From Candidatus Latescibacterota bacterium (lineage in GTDB: Bacteria > Latescibacterota > UBA2968 > UBA8231): DNA of 64,000 nt. Location: the NCBI GenBank assembly GCA_965203175.1, contig OZ241867.1, forward strand, positions 992,001-1,056,000, read 5' to 3'. Positions within the stretch are counted from its first letter, which is position 1. Every line of letters starts with the position of its first letter. Position numbers and translations under genes: made by a program. The notes beneath the pieces are model-generated. The model saw nothing but the letters and a program-made list of their open reading frames with translations, ran no database searches and was not told where the DNA came from. This document shows, in pieces, positions 32,213 to 41,394 of the stretch.

Positions 32213-33208
32213 ATGAGCAACGCACTTCTATTGTTTGCCCAAGGGCTGGACGAGGCCGCGCTGCAACGCGCCGTCCCGCTGCCCATCCGGCCAAAGCAGA
32301 TCGAGCCGTTGGCATGGCTTGGCGACGAGTTCTCGTTTGACTTGCCACCCGCAGCGCTAGAAGGTGCCATAGAAATCCTGCCGTGCCTCTCAGTCGTCCA
32401 CGACGGCGCGTGGGGCTATCAGTTCGCGATAGAATGCGAAACCAAAGCTGGCGATAGCAGCCGGGCCGTCCTCGACCCGATCGGCTCGTTTGTCGAGGCC
32501 GTGCAGTCCGGCTTCAGAACTGGAGCCGAATCAGGTGCGACAAACGAAGTGGTCGCAGCGGAAATCGACCTCTTGCGCATCCACACCCCCTTACAAGCGG
32601 CCACCCTACACCTGCGCGTCCAAGGCGTCGGCCCCACGGCCCCGGCCTTGCTCTCGGTCTCGGTGCGCCGCAAGGGCGCAGTACCCGCTCCGACGTTCAC
32701 TAGCCGAGATATGGCCCTCTCTGTGCCGTCGCAAAGCCAGATGGTTCTGCGGCCCCAATTGGCTTCCCACGTCTGCTCGCCGACCAGCGTCGCCATGCTC
32801 CTCTCCTATTACGGCCATAGCGCGGACATCTACGACGTAATTGCTGAGGCACGCCACCAACCCAGCGGACTATACGGCGTGTGGCCGGCCAACATCCACG
32901 CCGCTGCTCGCCGGGGTCTCTTGGGCTATCTACTGCACTTTCCCTCTTGGGAGGCAGCGCGCACGCTGCTCGACGCGGGCTTTCCCATTGTTGCCTCTGT
33001 CCGCTACGAGGTGGGCGAGTTGAGCCGAGCGGCCATTGAGCGTACGTCCGGGCACTTGCTCGTCGTCCGGGGCTGCTCGGGAGATACCGTACTGGTCAAC
33101 GATCCGGCCGCAGATGCCGAGATCGCACGGGCGTACGACCTAGCGGAATTCTGCAAAGTCTGGCTGGAGCGCAGCGCCGTAGGCTACGTGCTCTTTCCTC
33201 CGTCGTAA
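32213..33208 (+). CDS. Peptidase C39-like family protein
   Basis: SQM...CSPTSVAMLL (Cys), GHLLVVRG (His), VNDPA (Asp). Confidence 0.8.
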   Translation: MSNALLLFAQGLDEAALQRAVPLPIRPKQIEPLAWLGDEFSFDLPPAALEGAIEILPCLSVVHDGAWGYQFAIECETKAGDSSRAVLDPIGSFVEAVQSGFRTGAESGATNEVVAAEIDLLRIHTPLQAATLHLRVQGVGPTAPALLSVSVRRKGAVPAPTFTSRDMALSVPSQSQMVLRPQLASHVCSPTSVAMLLSYYGHSADIYDVIAEARHQPSGLYGVWPANIHAAARRGLLGYLLHFPSWEAARTLLDAGFPIVASVRYEVGELSRAAIERTSGHLLVVRGCSGDTVLVNDPAADAEIARAYDLAEFCKVWLERSAVGYVLFPPS

Positions 33209-33215
33209 CATTACT

Positions 33216-34079
33216 ATGGACAAAGCGAACTTCACTTCCATCGTCTTCGGCGAAATCCTCTACGACTGCTTCCCCGACCGCACCTGCCTGGGAGGTGCTT
33301 CCCTGAACTTCGCTTGGAATCTGCGCCAGCTCGGCTTTCCCGTGGCCATGGTCAGCGCCGTGGGGCGAGACGAACTAGGGCAACAGGCGCGGGGCTTTCT
33401 CCGGCGCGCCGACATTGATCAGCAATGGGTCGCCGATCGGCCCGAGCCTACGGGCACGGTCGATGTATTGCTCGACGATGGCCAGCCTTCCTACACCATC
33501 CGCGCTGGCGTGGCTTGGGACTATATCGAAACTAAGCCGGCGTTAGACCAGCCCCCCGACTTGATCTACTACGGCACGGCCGCGCAACGCAGTCCGGCCA
33601 ATCGTCCGGGACTGGAACACTTGCTGGCCACCAACCCCCGGCATCGGCTTTTCGACGTCAACCTGCGCAAGGACTGCTATACGCCGCAAACCTTGCTCTT
33701 TGGCCTCGAAGCGGCGACTATTGTCAAGCTCAACGACGAGGAATGGGAGGCCGTACGGGACATCGCCGAGGTCGCCGCACCCGCCGACTTAATCGCCCGC
33801 TACGCGCTGGATTGCCTAGCGATTACCTTTGGCGGCGACGGCGCTCAACTCCACATTCCAGGGGCTTCGTTCGCCGCCCGGCCTGTGCCCGCGTCCGTCG
33901 TCGATGCGGTCGGGGCTGGCGATGCCTTTAGCGGGGTTCTGGCCGCCAGCGCTCTGCTCGGCACCGACCCGCAACAAGCCCTAGACTTAGCGTGCGACGC
34001 CGGTGCCAGCGCGGTGCAGCACCCGGGTGCCCATTGTCCGCTGCCTGAATCCGTGAAGGCGGCGTTTGCGTTCGACTGA
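33216..34079 (+). CDS. PfkB family carbohydrate kinase (fructokinase-like)
   Basis: FGEILYD, GGASLN, FDVNLR, KLNDEE, DAVGAGDAF. Confidence 0.9.
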   Translation: MDKANFTSIVFGEILYDCFPDRTCLGGASLNFAWNLRQLGFPVAMVSAVGRDELGQQARGFLRRADIDQQWVADRPEPTGTVDVLLDDGQPSYTIRAGVAWDYIETKPALDQPPDLIYYGTAAQRSPANRPGLEHLLATNPRHRLFDVNLRKDCYTPQTLLFGLEAATIVKLNDEEWEAVRDIAEVAAPADLIARYALDCLAITFGGDGAQLHIPGASFAARPVPASVVDAVGAGDAFSGVLAASALLGTDPQQALDLACDAGASAVQHPGAHCPLPESVKAAFAFD

Positions 34080-34094
34080 GCTCACGCCGAAGTC
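34070..34094 (+). repeat. Single copy of the same palindromic element, supplying the stop codon of the PfkB gene
   Basis: GTTCGACTGAGCTCACGCCGAAGTC; removing it restores TTT GCT TAA. Confidence 0.7.
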
Positions 34095-34125
34095 TTAACC
34101 ACTTATCACCGAAAGGCTTTTCCCC

Positions 34126-35073
34126 ATGCAGACTCCCATTCCCCTGTGCGACCCCCACTTCCACCTCTGGGACCTAGCCGAGCGGCCCAACCCCAACCTC
34201 GGCGATGTCATGCCGGCGTACCGAGCCGCCAACTACGCCCAAGACATGAGCGAACTGCCCCCTGAGTTGCAGCGGGTCAGCGGCGTCCACGTCGAAACCG
34301 TCGTCGGCCAAGTACCTGGTGGCATCCCCGTCGATACCGTAGAAGAAACCCGCTGGGTGCGCGACCAACTCGAACCAACCTCAGCCGAACAGCCCTTTGG
34401 CATTGTCGCGTACGTGCACCTGGAGCGCGACATCGCCGCAGCCGAGCGCACCATTGAACAACACCTAGCGGCTGCAGGAGGCCGTCTGTGCGGCGTGCGC
34501 ATGATCCTCAATCACCATCCCGACAATCCCGACCTGACTTGGCCGCAGATCGAAGACGGCGTCTTGCAAAGCAGCCGCTTTCGCGACGGCTTGGCGCTCC
34601 TAGAACGCCACAACCTCGCCTTCGACCTCTCCTGCAATCCCCACCAAGTGGCCGATGCGGTCGCAGTTTTCCGCGACTTCCCCAACCTCCGCGTCGTCAC
34701 CAATCACCTCGGCTTCCTCCACGACGGCGAAGATCAAGCGCACGAGGATCTCTGGCGCGAAGGCATGGCTGCGCTGGCCGCATTGCCCAACATCTATATG
34801 AAGCTGTCCATGGCGTGGTTTGCGCGGGACGCCTTCCACGAGGCTACAGCCAAAGAGGCCAAAATCGCCGCGGTCGTCCAAGAGCTTATCGAACGCTTTG
34901 GCTGTGACCGCTGCATGTTTGCCAGCAACTATCCCGTCGATAAACTGCGGGGCATTAGCATCGGCTATCTCTACGCCAAGTTCCTCGAGTGGAGCGCCGG
35001 CTTTTCGGACGACGAGCGCCGGGCGCTCTTCCACGACTCAGCGCTCAGCGCCTATGGGCCGCTTTCGCAATAG
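34126..35073 (+). CDS. Amidohydrolase family protein (sugar lactonase-like)
   Basis: DPHFHLW, NHLG, KLS, RCMFASNYPVD. Confidence 0.85.
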   Translation: MQTPIPLCDPHFHLWDLAERPNPNLGDVMPAYRAANYAQDMSELPPELQRVSGVHVETVVGQVPGGIPVDTVEETRWVRDQLEPTSAEQPFGIVAYVHLERDIAAAERTIEQHLAAAGGRLCGVRMILNHHPDNPDLTWPQIEDGVLQSSRFRDGLALLERHNLAFDLSCNPHQVADAVAVFRDFPNLRVVTNHLGFLHDGEDQAHEDLWREGMAALAALPNIYMKLSMAWFARDAFHEATAKEAKIAAVVQELIERFGCDRCMFASNYPVDKLRGISIGYLYAKFLEWSAGFSDDERRALFHDSALSAYGPLSQ

Positions 35074-35095
35074 CCATGAGTAAAGGGGAATTCGG

Positions 35096-35550
35096 CTATC
35101 GTTCCCGCTTTCTATATACCTTTTCTATGGCGTCTTGCAACAAGCGGTCGAAGTTGACCAAGCGGTTGTAGCGCCGACGGTAGGCATCAACCCAGTTCAA
35201 CGTCCCTCTGTAATATGTCGGCACTGCGTTCATCCGCACGATCTCAGTAGCCATCTCTTCTACGGTGCAGACTAGCTTTATGGAGCTCATCTGGTCGAAT
35301 TCGGCCAGTTCCCGTATCCCGATCGAATCGAAGGAGATGACCGACTTACCATGATGTATCGCTTTCAAGGCAAAAATGCCAAATGCTTCCACGTCTGTGA
35401 TCGGGATCACGCGAAGGCACGCCGCGAACTGTACCCTCATCTCAGCATTCGACAGAGATATTCGGTTGAGGTTCAGGGGTCGTCCGACCCTTTCATTGGC
35501 TCGCATGAGTTTCTTCTTATATGCGGCCTCCGCTGGGTACGCGGATAAAA
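35096..35550 (-). pseudogene. Glycosyltransferase (GT4-like) C-terminal remnant
   Basis: VIP..VEAFGIFALKAIHHGKSVI...GIRE resembles the E-x7-E GT4 motif with the second Glu changed to Lys; N-terminal domain absent. Confidence 0.55.
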
Positions 35551-35552
35551 GC

Positions 35553-35813
35553 TCAATCCGCCCTCCGCTTGTCAGCGACGTACTCAGCCAGCACTTCTAC
35601 TGAGTCAAACAGTTCGGCAGTCAGTTCGTCGTCTTCGACGGTGATGCCGAATGCCTCCTCTATGGCGGCGACGATCTCTAAGGTGGCCACTGAATCAAGA
35701 TCCATGCCCCCGCCGAACAGCGCCTCGTCGTCGGGAATTTCGGCAGGGATCACGTCCAACTCAAGCGCAGTGACTATCAGGCACTTGATCTGCACTCTCA
35801 GGCGTTCTGACAT
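35553..35813 (-). CDS. Acyl carrier protein
   Basis: 86 aa, acidic, GMDLDSVATLEIV phosphopantetheine Ser motif, IEEAFGITV. Confidence 0.92.
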   Translation of the reverse strand: MSERLRVQIKCLIVTALELDVIPAEIPDDEALFGGGMDLDSVATLEIVAAIEEAFGITVEDDELTAELFDSVEVLAEYVADKRRAD

Positions 35814-37696
35814 GATTCAGGCTCCTCGGCAAAGTAGTTAACCACCGTATCTACCATCCGCTGCTGGCCTTCCTCTGAGAGAATGGACACCGCCGGTAAG
35901 CTGAAGCGATCCTCGAACCGATGCAGGATACGTACGATCTCTTCCGTAGTCATCGGACGCGGCTTGACGAAGGTTCGCCCGTAAGCAGCGCGGATGTGTT
36001 TTTCTTGGTTGCTCATCGCCAATAGCAGGGTCGGTGCCTTGGCGAAAGCGCGCAGGCAGTCGATGGTGTCTTGGATATACTCGTCGTCATCGATGCTGTT
36101 GACCGTGAGGATACATGCATCCGGCTTAGTGCCCAGCAGAAAGGCCATAGAGGTCAAAGAATGGGTGCGGTGTTCATGCACATCGTAGGGAATGGTGCCT
36201 GACTGCGAGCCAACCAAGATAATATCGGGCCGCTTCTGCTGGCTGAGTTGCCGCAGTTTGTAGTCCAGATAGGGGATGTAGTATTGCAACGGCAGCGACA
36301 CATTAGAGGCGTATCCCATGGGAAAGGCTAGGTCCATGCCAAACAAGGCCGCATGATGCTCGGTGCCGATCTGACCGACCGTGTAGCCGAGGTGCAAAAG
36401 GTGGCGGCGCAGGATCAGTTGTAAGGTGAACTTGCCCTGTTGGGCACTGGTGCCAAACACTCCGAGCACCGGCACGTCGACCGGACCATAGGCAGGCTCG
36501 GCTTGGAGTGCTTGCTCGATGTCGTTGGACGCGACCGAGGGATACGTCAGATGCAGCCCCTTTTTGCGGGCAAGATCATACAGGTCGCCGTATGTGTCTT
36601 GGGGCACGACGAGAAAACTGAAGACGTGGCAGTCGTGCTCCAGTGCGGTCTCAATGGCCGTACGTAACACGTCTTGCTTGCCGATCCGTCCTAACTGATC
36701 GACATAGCCGAGGATTAGTGTATCCGCCTCTCCAAGGATCGAAGCAAGCCGGGGCCGGATATGCACACCCATGTCGGGCAAACCCAGCACCTTACCCGCA
36801 TCCTGGCCCACTAGCCCCTTGCCCACCGGGTCAGCGATACCCGTAATCTCAAAGGCGAGCAAGTCTTGCGCCCGAACCAAGGCGTGCATTTCCTTATTGA
36901 ACGGGTAGAGCGCCGCCTTCTGAATCCAAGTAAAATTTGAGGTGTTGGTTGGAGGCTTCGACACGGCCACCGCGCATGGACGCGTACCTAGGAGTAACTC
37001 CGGCGGCTCTTTCAACCCATTGGCCTGTAATATCTTACGCACTTGTTCCAGTGGTGCCCTTGGATGCGCTTGGCGAATCAAGGCGACGACGCCGGTGATA
37101 TGAGGTGCGGCAAAGCTGGTACCAGATACCATCAGATGTGATGGATCGTTCCAGCAGACCCGCTGGGTATCCCCCCGGGCGACACATTCGATTGTGTGTC
37201 TTGGACGGTAATAATACCCATAGCGTCCGCGCACCTTTCCTCCAGTAACGCCGATGACGTCTGGAAAGACCGCCGGATAGCTCTCGCGCCCGTCGTTGTG
37301 CTCAGCAGCGACAAGGATAACTCCGGCTTCGCGGGCTTGGCGGCAGACTTTAGCAAGTGCATTGCGGAAGGAGACATCGGTGGTGCCCAAGCTGAGGTTG
37401 ACCACATCCATTCGGTGCTCAATAGTCCAGCGAATCGCCGAGAGTAGGGCAGTACCATCGGTTCTCAGAGAACCGTCGAAGATGCGGACATCGTAGAGGG
37501 CCACTGTTGGCGCGATCTGACTGATGATGCCCGCGCAAGCCGTGCCGTGACCAGCGTCAAAATCAGCTTGCGGAAGTACCGAATCCAAGATTACCTCATG
37601 AATCGCGCCGATTTTTTCGTGTGTCGGGTCAATACCTGAGTCGATGATGGCAACACGTACTGGATGATCCGTTTTCGGTGGGTTCGTCAAGAGCAT
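35798..37696 (-). CDS. S8 (subtilisin) serine peptidase fused to a DUF1611/TIGR04066-like P-loop domain
   Basis: Triad IIDSGID / GHGTACAG / SGTSFAAP, no signal peptide; C-terminal YPFNKE..GKGLVGQDAG, GVFGTSAQQGKFT, QIGTE, GSQSG. Confidence 0.8.
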   Translation of the reverse strand: MLLTNPPKTDHPVRVAIIDSGIDPTHEKIGAIHEVILDSVLPQADFDAGHGTACAGIISQIAPTVALYDVRIFDGSLRTDGTALLSAIRWTIEHRMDVVNLSLGTTDVSFRNALAKVCRQAREAGVILVAAEHNDGRESYPAVFPDVIGVTGGKVRGRYGYYYRPRHTIECVARGDTQRVCWNDPSHLMVSGTSFAAPHITGVVALIRQAHPRAPLEQVRKILQANGLKEPPELLLGTRPCAVAVSKPPTNTSNFTWIQKAALYPFNKEMHALVRAQDLLAFEITGIADPVGKGLVGQDAGKVLGLPDMGVHIRPRLASILGEADTLILGYVDQLGRIGKQDVLRTAIETALEHDCHVFSFLVVPQDTYGDLYDLARKKGLHLTYPSVASNDIEQALQAEPAYGPVDVPVLGVFGTSAQQGKFTLQLILRRHLLHLGYTVGQIGTEHHAALFGMDLAFPMGYASNVSLPLQYYIPYLDYKLRQLSQQKRPDIILVGSQSGTIPYDVHEHRTHSLTSMAFLLGTKPDACILTVNSIDDDEYIQDTIDCLRAFAKAPTLLLAMSNQEKHIRAAYGRTFVKPRPMTTEEIVRILHRFEDRFSLPAVSILSEEGQQRMVDTVVNYFAEEPESCQNA

Positions 37697-38763
37697 CGTT
37701 TTTTTAATCTGGTTTCACACTGCAAGAGAACCTTTTCTAATATACTTTTCTCTTCAAGGGCTAGTTCTTCTAATTCCTTTTTTACATATTTTATAGATGT
37801 ATCTACTTCATTCTTTTTTTTATATCCTAAGAAAATCCTGAGCATTATCAAACGTAGGTTCGCAACTTTCTTTTCTATTTCAGCATACTTAATTGACAAC
37901 TTTTCAGATGGATCAATATAATCTTTATTTTCCATGTATATAAGTCTGTTCAACATACATTTTTTATGTTCCCATAGTATGTGAATCAATCGAATATCAT
38001 ATCTATGTTTTTTATGTAACAAACAATAAATAAGATAAGAGTATGTTTTCATACCATATATACCATCTTCTGGTGTATCTAATATACGAAATTTTTCAGA
38101 AGTATTATTCGATTCTATATAATCTCGAAGTTGCTCCGAGACAAGATATAGATCAAACTCATAGTGTTTGTTATTTTTATATTTTAATAGACCTATTTTA
38201 GCCATATGATTAGGTGAGTAACTAACTTTCATATATGCCTTTTCAAGGTCTGAGTACTCGATTGTTATATACGCCTTTTTAAAATCGGAGAAATTTAATT
38301 TGGAAGAAACATATTGGCCCATTTTGTTGTATCCGGCAGTATCGAATGTTTCATAAGATAAATCATAGCCATGTATCAATGTTTCATGTATGTATTTTCT
38401 TTTTTCATAATTCGACTTATTAGGCATATAAAACTCATTTAAATATAGCTGTATATAGTAGTTATTATCTATACATTTAATGACAAAGTGAACAATATCC
38501 TCATTTACAAGGGAAATTAAATCACGATCTAACCAGCGTGTTTCCAGTAATGGTGCAGGCAAAAGTCTGTTATTAGGAGGTCGATAAAAATCGATTATAG
38601 GAGTTCCTTTTTGAGTGTGTTTTTTAGAAAAATAAATCTGGATATGTTGGCTGTAGAACCAAGGTAAATATACCTCATTTGTCGCCAATATTGATAAAGA
38701 GAATACAAAGCCTTTTATTGGTGAATTGAGTTCAACCGCAAGTATTTTTCTTTTCTTTTTCAT
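37687..38763 (-). CDS. Very AT-rich BtrH-N/papain-fold-like protein
   Basis: PWFY..HIQ, IDNNYY...NEFYMP...YIHETLIHGYD...F...GY pattern recalled from BtrH-N-like proteins of Firmicute biosynthetic clusters; RBS AAGGAG. Confidence 0.55.
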   Translation of the reverse strand: MKKKRKILAVELNSPIKGFVFSLSILATNEVYLPWFYSQHIQIYFSKKHTQKGTPIIDFYRPPNNRLLPAPLLETRWLDRDLISLVNEDIVHFVIKCIDNNYYIQLYLNEFYMPNKSNYEKRKYIHETLIHGYDLSYETFDTAGYNKMGQYVSSKLNFSDFKKAYITIEYSDLEKAYMKVSYSPNHMAKIGLLKYKNNKHYEFDLYLVSEQLRDYIESNNTSEKFRILDTPEDGIYGMKTYSYLIYCLLHKKHRYDIRLIHILWEHKKCMLNRLIYMENKDYIDPSEKLSIKYAEIEKKVANLRLIMLRIFLGYKKKNEVDTSIKYVKKELEELALEEKSILEKVLLQCETRLKKRCS

Positions 38764-38927
38764 TTCCTGCTCCTTTCGTGCCAGCCTCCTCACCGTCGGT
38801 CTCTTGGCTGATCCACCGGCGTCTGCGTACCAAACGCAATCGGCGAACGACCTCTTCGGGGGGTTATGAGTATAATAGAAGCTCCGGGTGCTTGGGAAGA
38901 TGTATCTGCATCAGTTATCTGGACCGC

Positions 38928-40643
38928 TTAAGAGGTAGCTTTCGATTCTCCGAAAAGTGATACGTAAACGGGACAATTCCTCATCAATTCCTCGTGACGG
39001 CCAACTCCGACGATACTGCCTTCATCTAGCACAATAATGCTATCTGCATCTATAAATGTAGATAGACGGTGAGCAATTGTGATGGTGGTCCGTCCCTGAT
39101 AATAGGAGCGTAGAGCTGAACGTATCTTGGATTCGGTCTCGTTATCGATAGCTGACGTAAACTCGTCGAGAATGAGAATCGATGGATCTAGCAATAGCAC
39201 TCGAGCCAGAGCCAGACGCTGCTTCTGTCCTTGGGACAACTGAGCTCCTTTTTCTCCTATGTCAGTCTCGTACCCCTTGGGTAGTTCCGCGATAAAGTCT
39301 CCGGCTCCAGCAATCTCTGCCGATTGTTCGACTAAGGCATGTGAACATTCAGGTCTGCCGATTGTCAGATTCTCCCATACCGTTCCAGCGAAGAGAAATG
39401 GATCTTGCTGCATGAATCCAATCTGCTGCCTCAACGAATGAAGGTCGGCTCGGGAAGTATCCATCCCGTCGATGTAAACAGACCCCGTCTGTGGGTCGTA
39501 GAAACGAGGTATCAACTGCGCTAGCGTCGTCTTGCCCGCTCCGCTCCTACCGACTAGAGCAGTGTTTGTTCCTCCTTCTATGGTTAGATTGATGTTTTTC
39601 AGTACATAGTTTTTTTCTAGATACCCAAATGAAACGCTCTGGAACATGACTGTGCCTTGCTTAACGCTAAGCATTTCTCCTCTCATTGGAGATCTTATCT
39701 CTGGCACCGTATCAACAACCTCGAAGTAGCGACCTAGATGCACTCGGAGCACCGGAATCTGCATGGCTAAATCCAGTAGTGATGTTACGGGATTCGAGAT
39801 GTATCCTACATAGGCCGTAAACGCCATATAGGTTCCCAAGCTGAGTTCGCCTGCCAGAATCCTCGTCCAACCGTACCAAGTGTACACCAATACTGCCATT
39901 GCACGCAGAACTGTAAGAGCAACTCCGGCTACTGTCTGCCCTAGGTGCATTCGGAGTTTGACCGTGGCCGACTCCAAGGTTAGATCGCGAATTCTTTGAA
40001 GAAAAATGCTTTCTAAACAGAGTGCTTGTACGGTTCTAATACCTGAGAGAAATTCAATCCTGTGTGATGAGGCCCTGGCATCCAGCACGGCAGTCTGGCT
40101 AGTTTTTTTTGCTATAAATCTCGATATACCAACCGCGATTGCTGCATCCAGAGGCAGCGCGGCAATACTTAGCAAGGCCAATTTCCAATTGATCCAAAAT
40201 AGAATAGGCGGGAAGATGAGCAAGTTGACAACATTCAAGGTACCGCTCATGAGTAATTGAGTCATTCCACCAGCACTGCTCAAGCCATCTCTGGATCGAG
40301 CTGTAAGTTCGCCTACTTTTTTCTTATCAAAGTAGCTGAAGCTCAAGCTGCTCAGATGTTGATATAGTCCATAACCAACCCCGATTCCTACACGCATACT
40401 GAGGTTATGGTCAAAATAGCCGCGCAAATGGCTGATCAATCCCGTCATTACTGCCACGCCGACATTGAAAACAAGGACGAATTCCAGCAGGTTGACACTC
40501 TTGGATGGGTAAACATCGTCGATAAGAATCTTCGTGACGTAGGGTGGTATCAAGGCAATCAGTGCTAAAAGGCCACTCACGGCTACAGACCTTATCATTA
40601 GCCCCTTATACGCTTGGATCAGTGTAAATCCTTTACCGATCAT
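38928..40643 (-). CDS. ABC exporter (TMD+NBD), no C39 peptidase domain
   Basis: TM region, GRSGAGKTT, LSQGQKQR, ILDEFTS, IAHRLST; 571 aa. Confidence 0.92.
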   Translation of the reverse strand: MIGKGFTLIQAYKGLMIRSVAVSGLLALIALIPPYVTKILIDDVYPSKSVNLLEFVLVFNVGVAVMTGLISHLRGYFDHNLSMRVGIGVGYGLYQHLSSLSFSYFDKKKVGELTARSRDGLSSAGGMTQLLMSGTLNVVNLLIFPPILFWINWKLALLSIAALPLDAAIAVGISRFIAKKTSQTAVLDARASSHRIEFLSGIRTVQALCLESIFLQRIRDLTLESATVKLRMHLGQTVAGVALTVLRAMAVLVYTWYGWTRILAGELSLGTYMAFTAYVGYISNPVTSLLDLAMQIPVLRVHLGRYFEVVDTVPEIRSPMRGEMLSVKQGTVMFQSVSFGYLEKNYVLKNINLTIEGGTNTALVGRSGAGKTTLAQLIPRFYDPQTGSVYIDGMDTSRADLHSLRQQIGFMQQDPFLFAGTVWENLTIGRPECSHALVEQSAEIAGAGDFIAELPKGYETDIGEKGAQLSQGQKQRLALARVLLLDPSILILDEFTSAIDNETESKIRSALRSYYQGRTTITIAHRLSTFIDADSIIVLDEGSIVGVGRHEELMRNCPVYVSLFGESKATS

Positions 40644-41386
40644 GCATGTGCCACCATCGTTACGTATTCGTACCCAATCCTCTCGGCCAAGACGAAAAAG
40701 TTATACGCAGCGTGTATTGCGAAGCATTCGGTAATTGACCCGCGTTTCTCCATGACATAGCACGTAACTAAGCCGAGCAACAACGCACCTGCCATCTGAG
40801 CCGGAGGATCGTGTAGCAGCGCGAAGACGGCTGTGCATAACAGCACACTGAGAACCCAAGAAAGTTTTGTCCGCAAGGTTTGATATAGAACGCCGCGGAA
40901 GAAAACTTCCTCATGTAGCGGTCCAATCAACACAGCGAGCATTATGTTCTGAATCCCACGGAAGAGCGAAATGCTGAATTCTCCATCAACCCAAAAAGGC
41001 ACCACATCTTTGGGCCAGAGCAATGCGCTAGGTATGGCATAGACAGTTGCTATCGAAAAACCGATGAGACAGGCTCTGAAGATTCGAGATACTGATGGCG
41101 GTCCCAAGCCGATAGAAACGAGGGAAAGACCACAGCATCTCTTCAACATCACGCTTATTACCCAAAGCGAAAACACAGATATGGCGACTTCGTCAAGGCT
41201 AAACGAAACATCATCAAGCTGAAAAGATAGGGGCCAAAAGAGATCAATGACCACGAAGAGAGCGATGGGAACACAAAAGGCCAACGAACCACCAACTAGC
41301 ACTATTAATCCACTGGAAAAACTCAATGCAGTAATGCCTCTATTGGCGCACACTCTGGACGACCTTTCGCTAGTGAATAGTCTCAT
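40640..41386 (-). CDS. CPBP (CAAX/Abi) family intramembrane metalloprotease
   Basis: EEVFFRG, FALLH, HAAYN motifs; multiple TM helices. Alternative GTG start at 41416. Confidence 0.88.
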   Translation of the reverse strand: MRLFTSERSSRVCANRGITALSFSSGLIVLVGGSLAFCVPIALFVVIDLFWPLSFQLDDVSFSLDEVAISVFSLWVISVMLKRCCGLSLVSIGLGPPSVSRIFRACLIGFSIATVYAIPSALLWPKDVVPFWVDGEFSISLFRGIQNIMLAVLIGPLHEEVFFRGVLYQTLRTKLSWVLSVLLCTAVFALLHDPPAQMAGALLLGLVTCYVMEKRGSITECFAIHAAYNFFVLAERIGYEYVTMVAHA

Positions 41387-41394
41387 TGTACGTT

